Shown here piece by piece: positions 63,460 through 64,000 of a stretch of 64,000 bases of DNA. The first letter of the stretch is position 1; each line of letters opens with the position of its first letter. The DNA comes from Phoronis australis (lineage: Eukaryota; Animalia; Phoronida). Where the stretch lies: contig NMRA01000020.1 in the NCBI GenBank assembly GCA_002633005.1, forward strand, positions 608,673-672,672, in the 5' to 3' direction. A program made the translations under genes and the position numbers. Under the pieces are notes generated by a model. That model had not been told where the DNA came from. It searched no databases and saw only the letters and a list, made by a program, of their open reading frames with translations.

Positions 63460-63910
63460 TTAACGTAAGCCGGAATTTTCATCAATTATAAGTCTCTTAA
63501 GTCGCTGTCAGTTTAGAATAATGCTGTCTCAGCTACAAATTTTGCCTTCTGGTAATTAAATCAAAGTTGTTTTAAGCATAAAGGTGTGACAAATTGACTG
63601 AAAGTACATTCTTAAATCTTGTGATTGCTCCTGGTAAAGTGAGTCAAATTGTATTTAAACCCTCCTTCATCATCTGTACTTTCAGAATGAGTGGTTTAGA
63701 CAACGCCCTCTACAAACTTCTTTGCAAGAGTCCCAAACTGGTCATCACCTGAAGAAACCTTGAGGTATTGTTTCATTCATTTCCTTAATATCTCATGGAG
63801 TGACATTTCACATTTTATTCAACTCACAACTCACAATCCTAACCAAAGATATCACTGTTTCATTTACAGTATTTAAAGATGCCTTGTTTAAAGCCTGTTC
63901 AATTTCTATT

Positions 63911-64000
63911 CAGGGATTCACCCAGGATTTCGAAAATAGGGTGTCCAAATGGGATTCTCAATATTTCGGAGTGTCCGTGTTTCCGACAACACATTACTCC
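63911..64000. mobile_element. Left end of a CAGGG-terminus MITE (same family as 7667)
   Basis: cagggattcacccaggatttcgaaaatagggtgtccaaatggg. Confidence 0.6.

Noticed and set aside
63135-63764. Exon-like segments 63135-63173 and 63686-63764 of a downstream host gene
   Set aside because: Splice signals are reasonable but there is no identifiable coding frame; the first lies inside the Kolobok-like element and the second has stops in all three frames. They could be UTR exons but this is unsupported.

Overview
Eukaryotic, AT-rich invertebrate genomic DNA with three N-gaps; spliceosomal introns and repeat types suggest a lophotrochozoan such as a mollusc, but this is not provable from the window. 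Main content: (1) a complete + strand polypeptide N-acetylgalactosaminyltransferase gene of the GALNT1/GALNT13 (pgant5) type, CDS 11477-41599, 578 aa in its basic form. It carries TWO tandem-duplicated exon pairs that look mutually exclusive: one swaps the catalytic-domain Mn-ligand His/flexible loop (29802-29982 vs 30422-30602), the other swaps the lectin beta repeat (35157-35291 vs 35867-35992). Both pairs are flanked by intronic complementary sequences resembling docking/selector RNA pairings, and there is a candidate in-frame stem cassette exon (15893-16018). (2) An almost intronless, intact PDE10A-like cyclic-nucleotide phosphodiesterase (about 56371-58945) with a degenerate GAF-B pocket, probably a retrocopy or an intron-stripped gene. 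(3) Decayed Ty3/Gypsy elements, one split exactly within integrase by a 4.8-kb TIR element, plus many non-autonomous DNA transposons (hAT, MULE-like, pogo, Kolobok, Harbinger, Helentron-like) and minisatellites. All exon and structure calls were made by manual reading; no expression data or database search was available.
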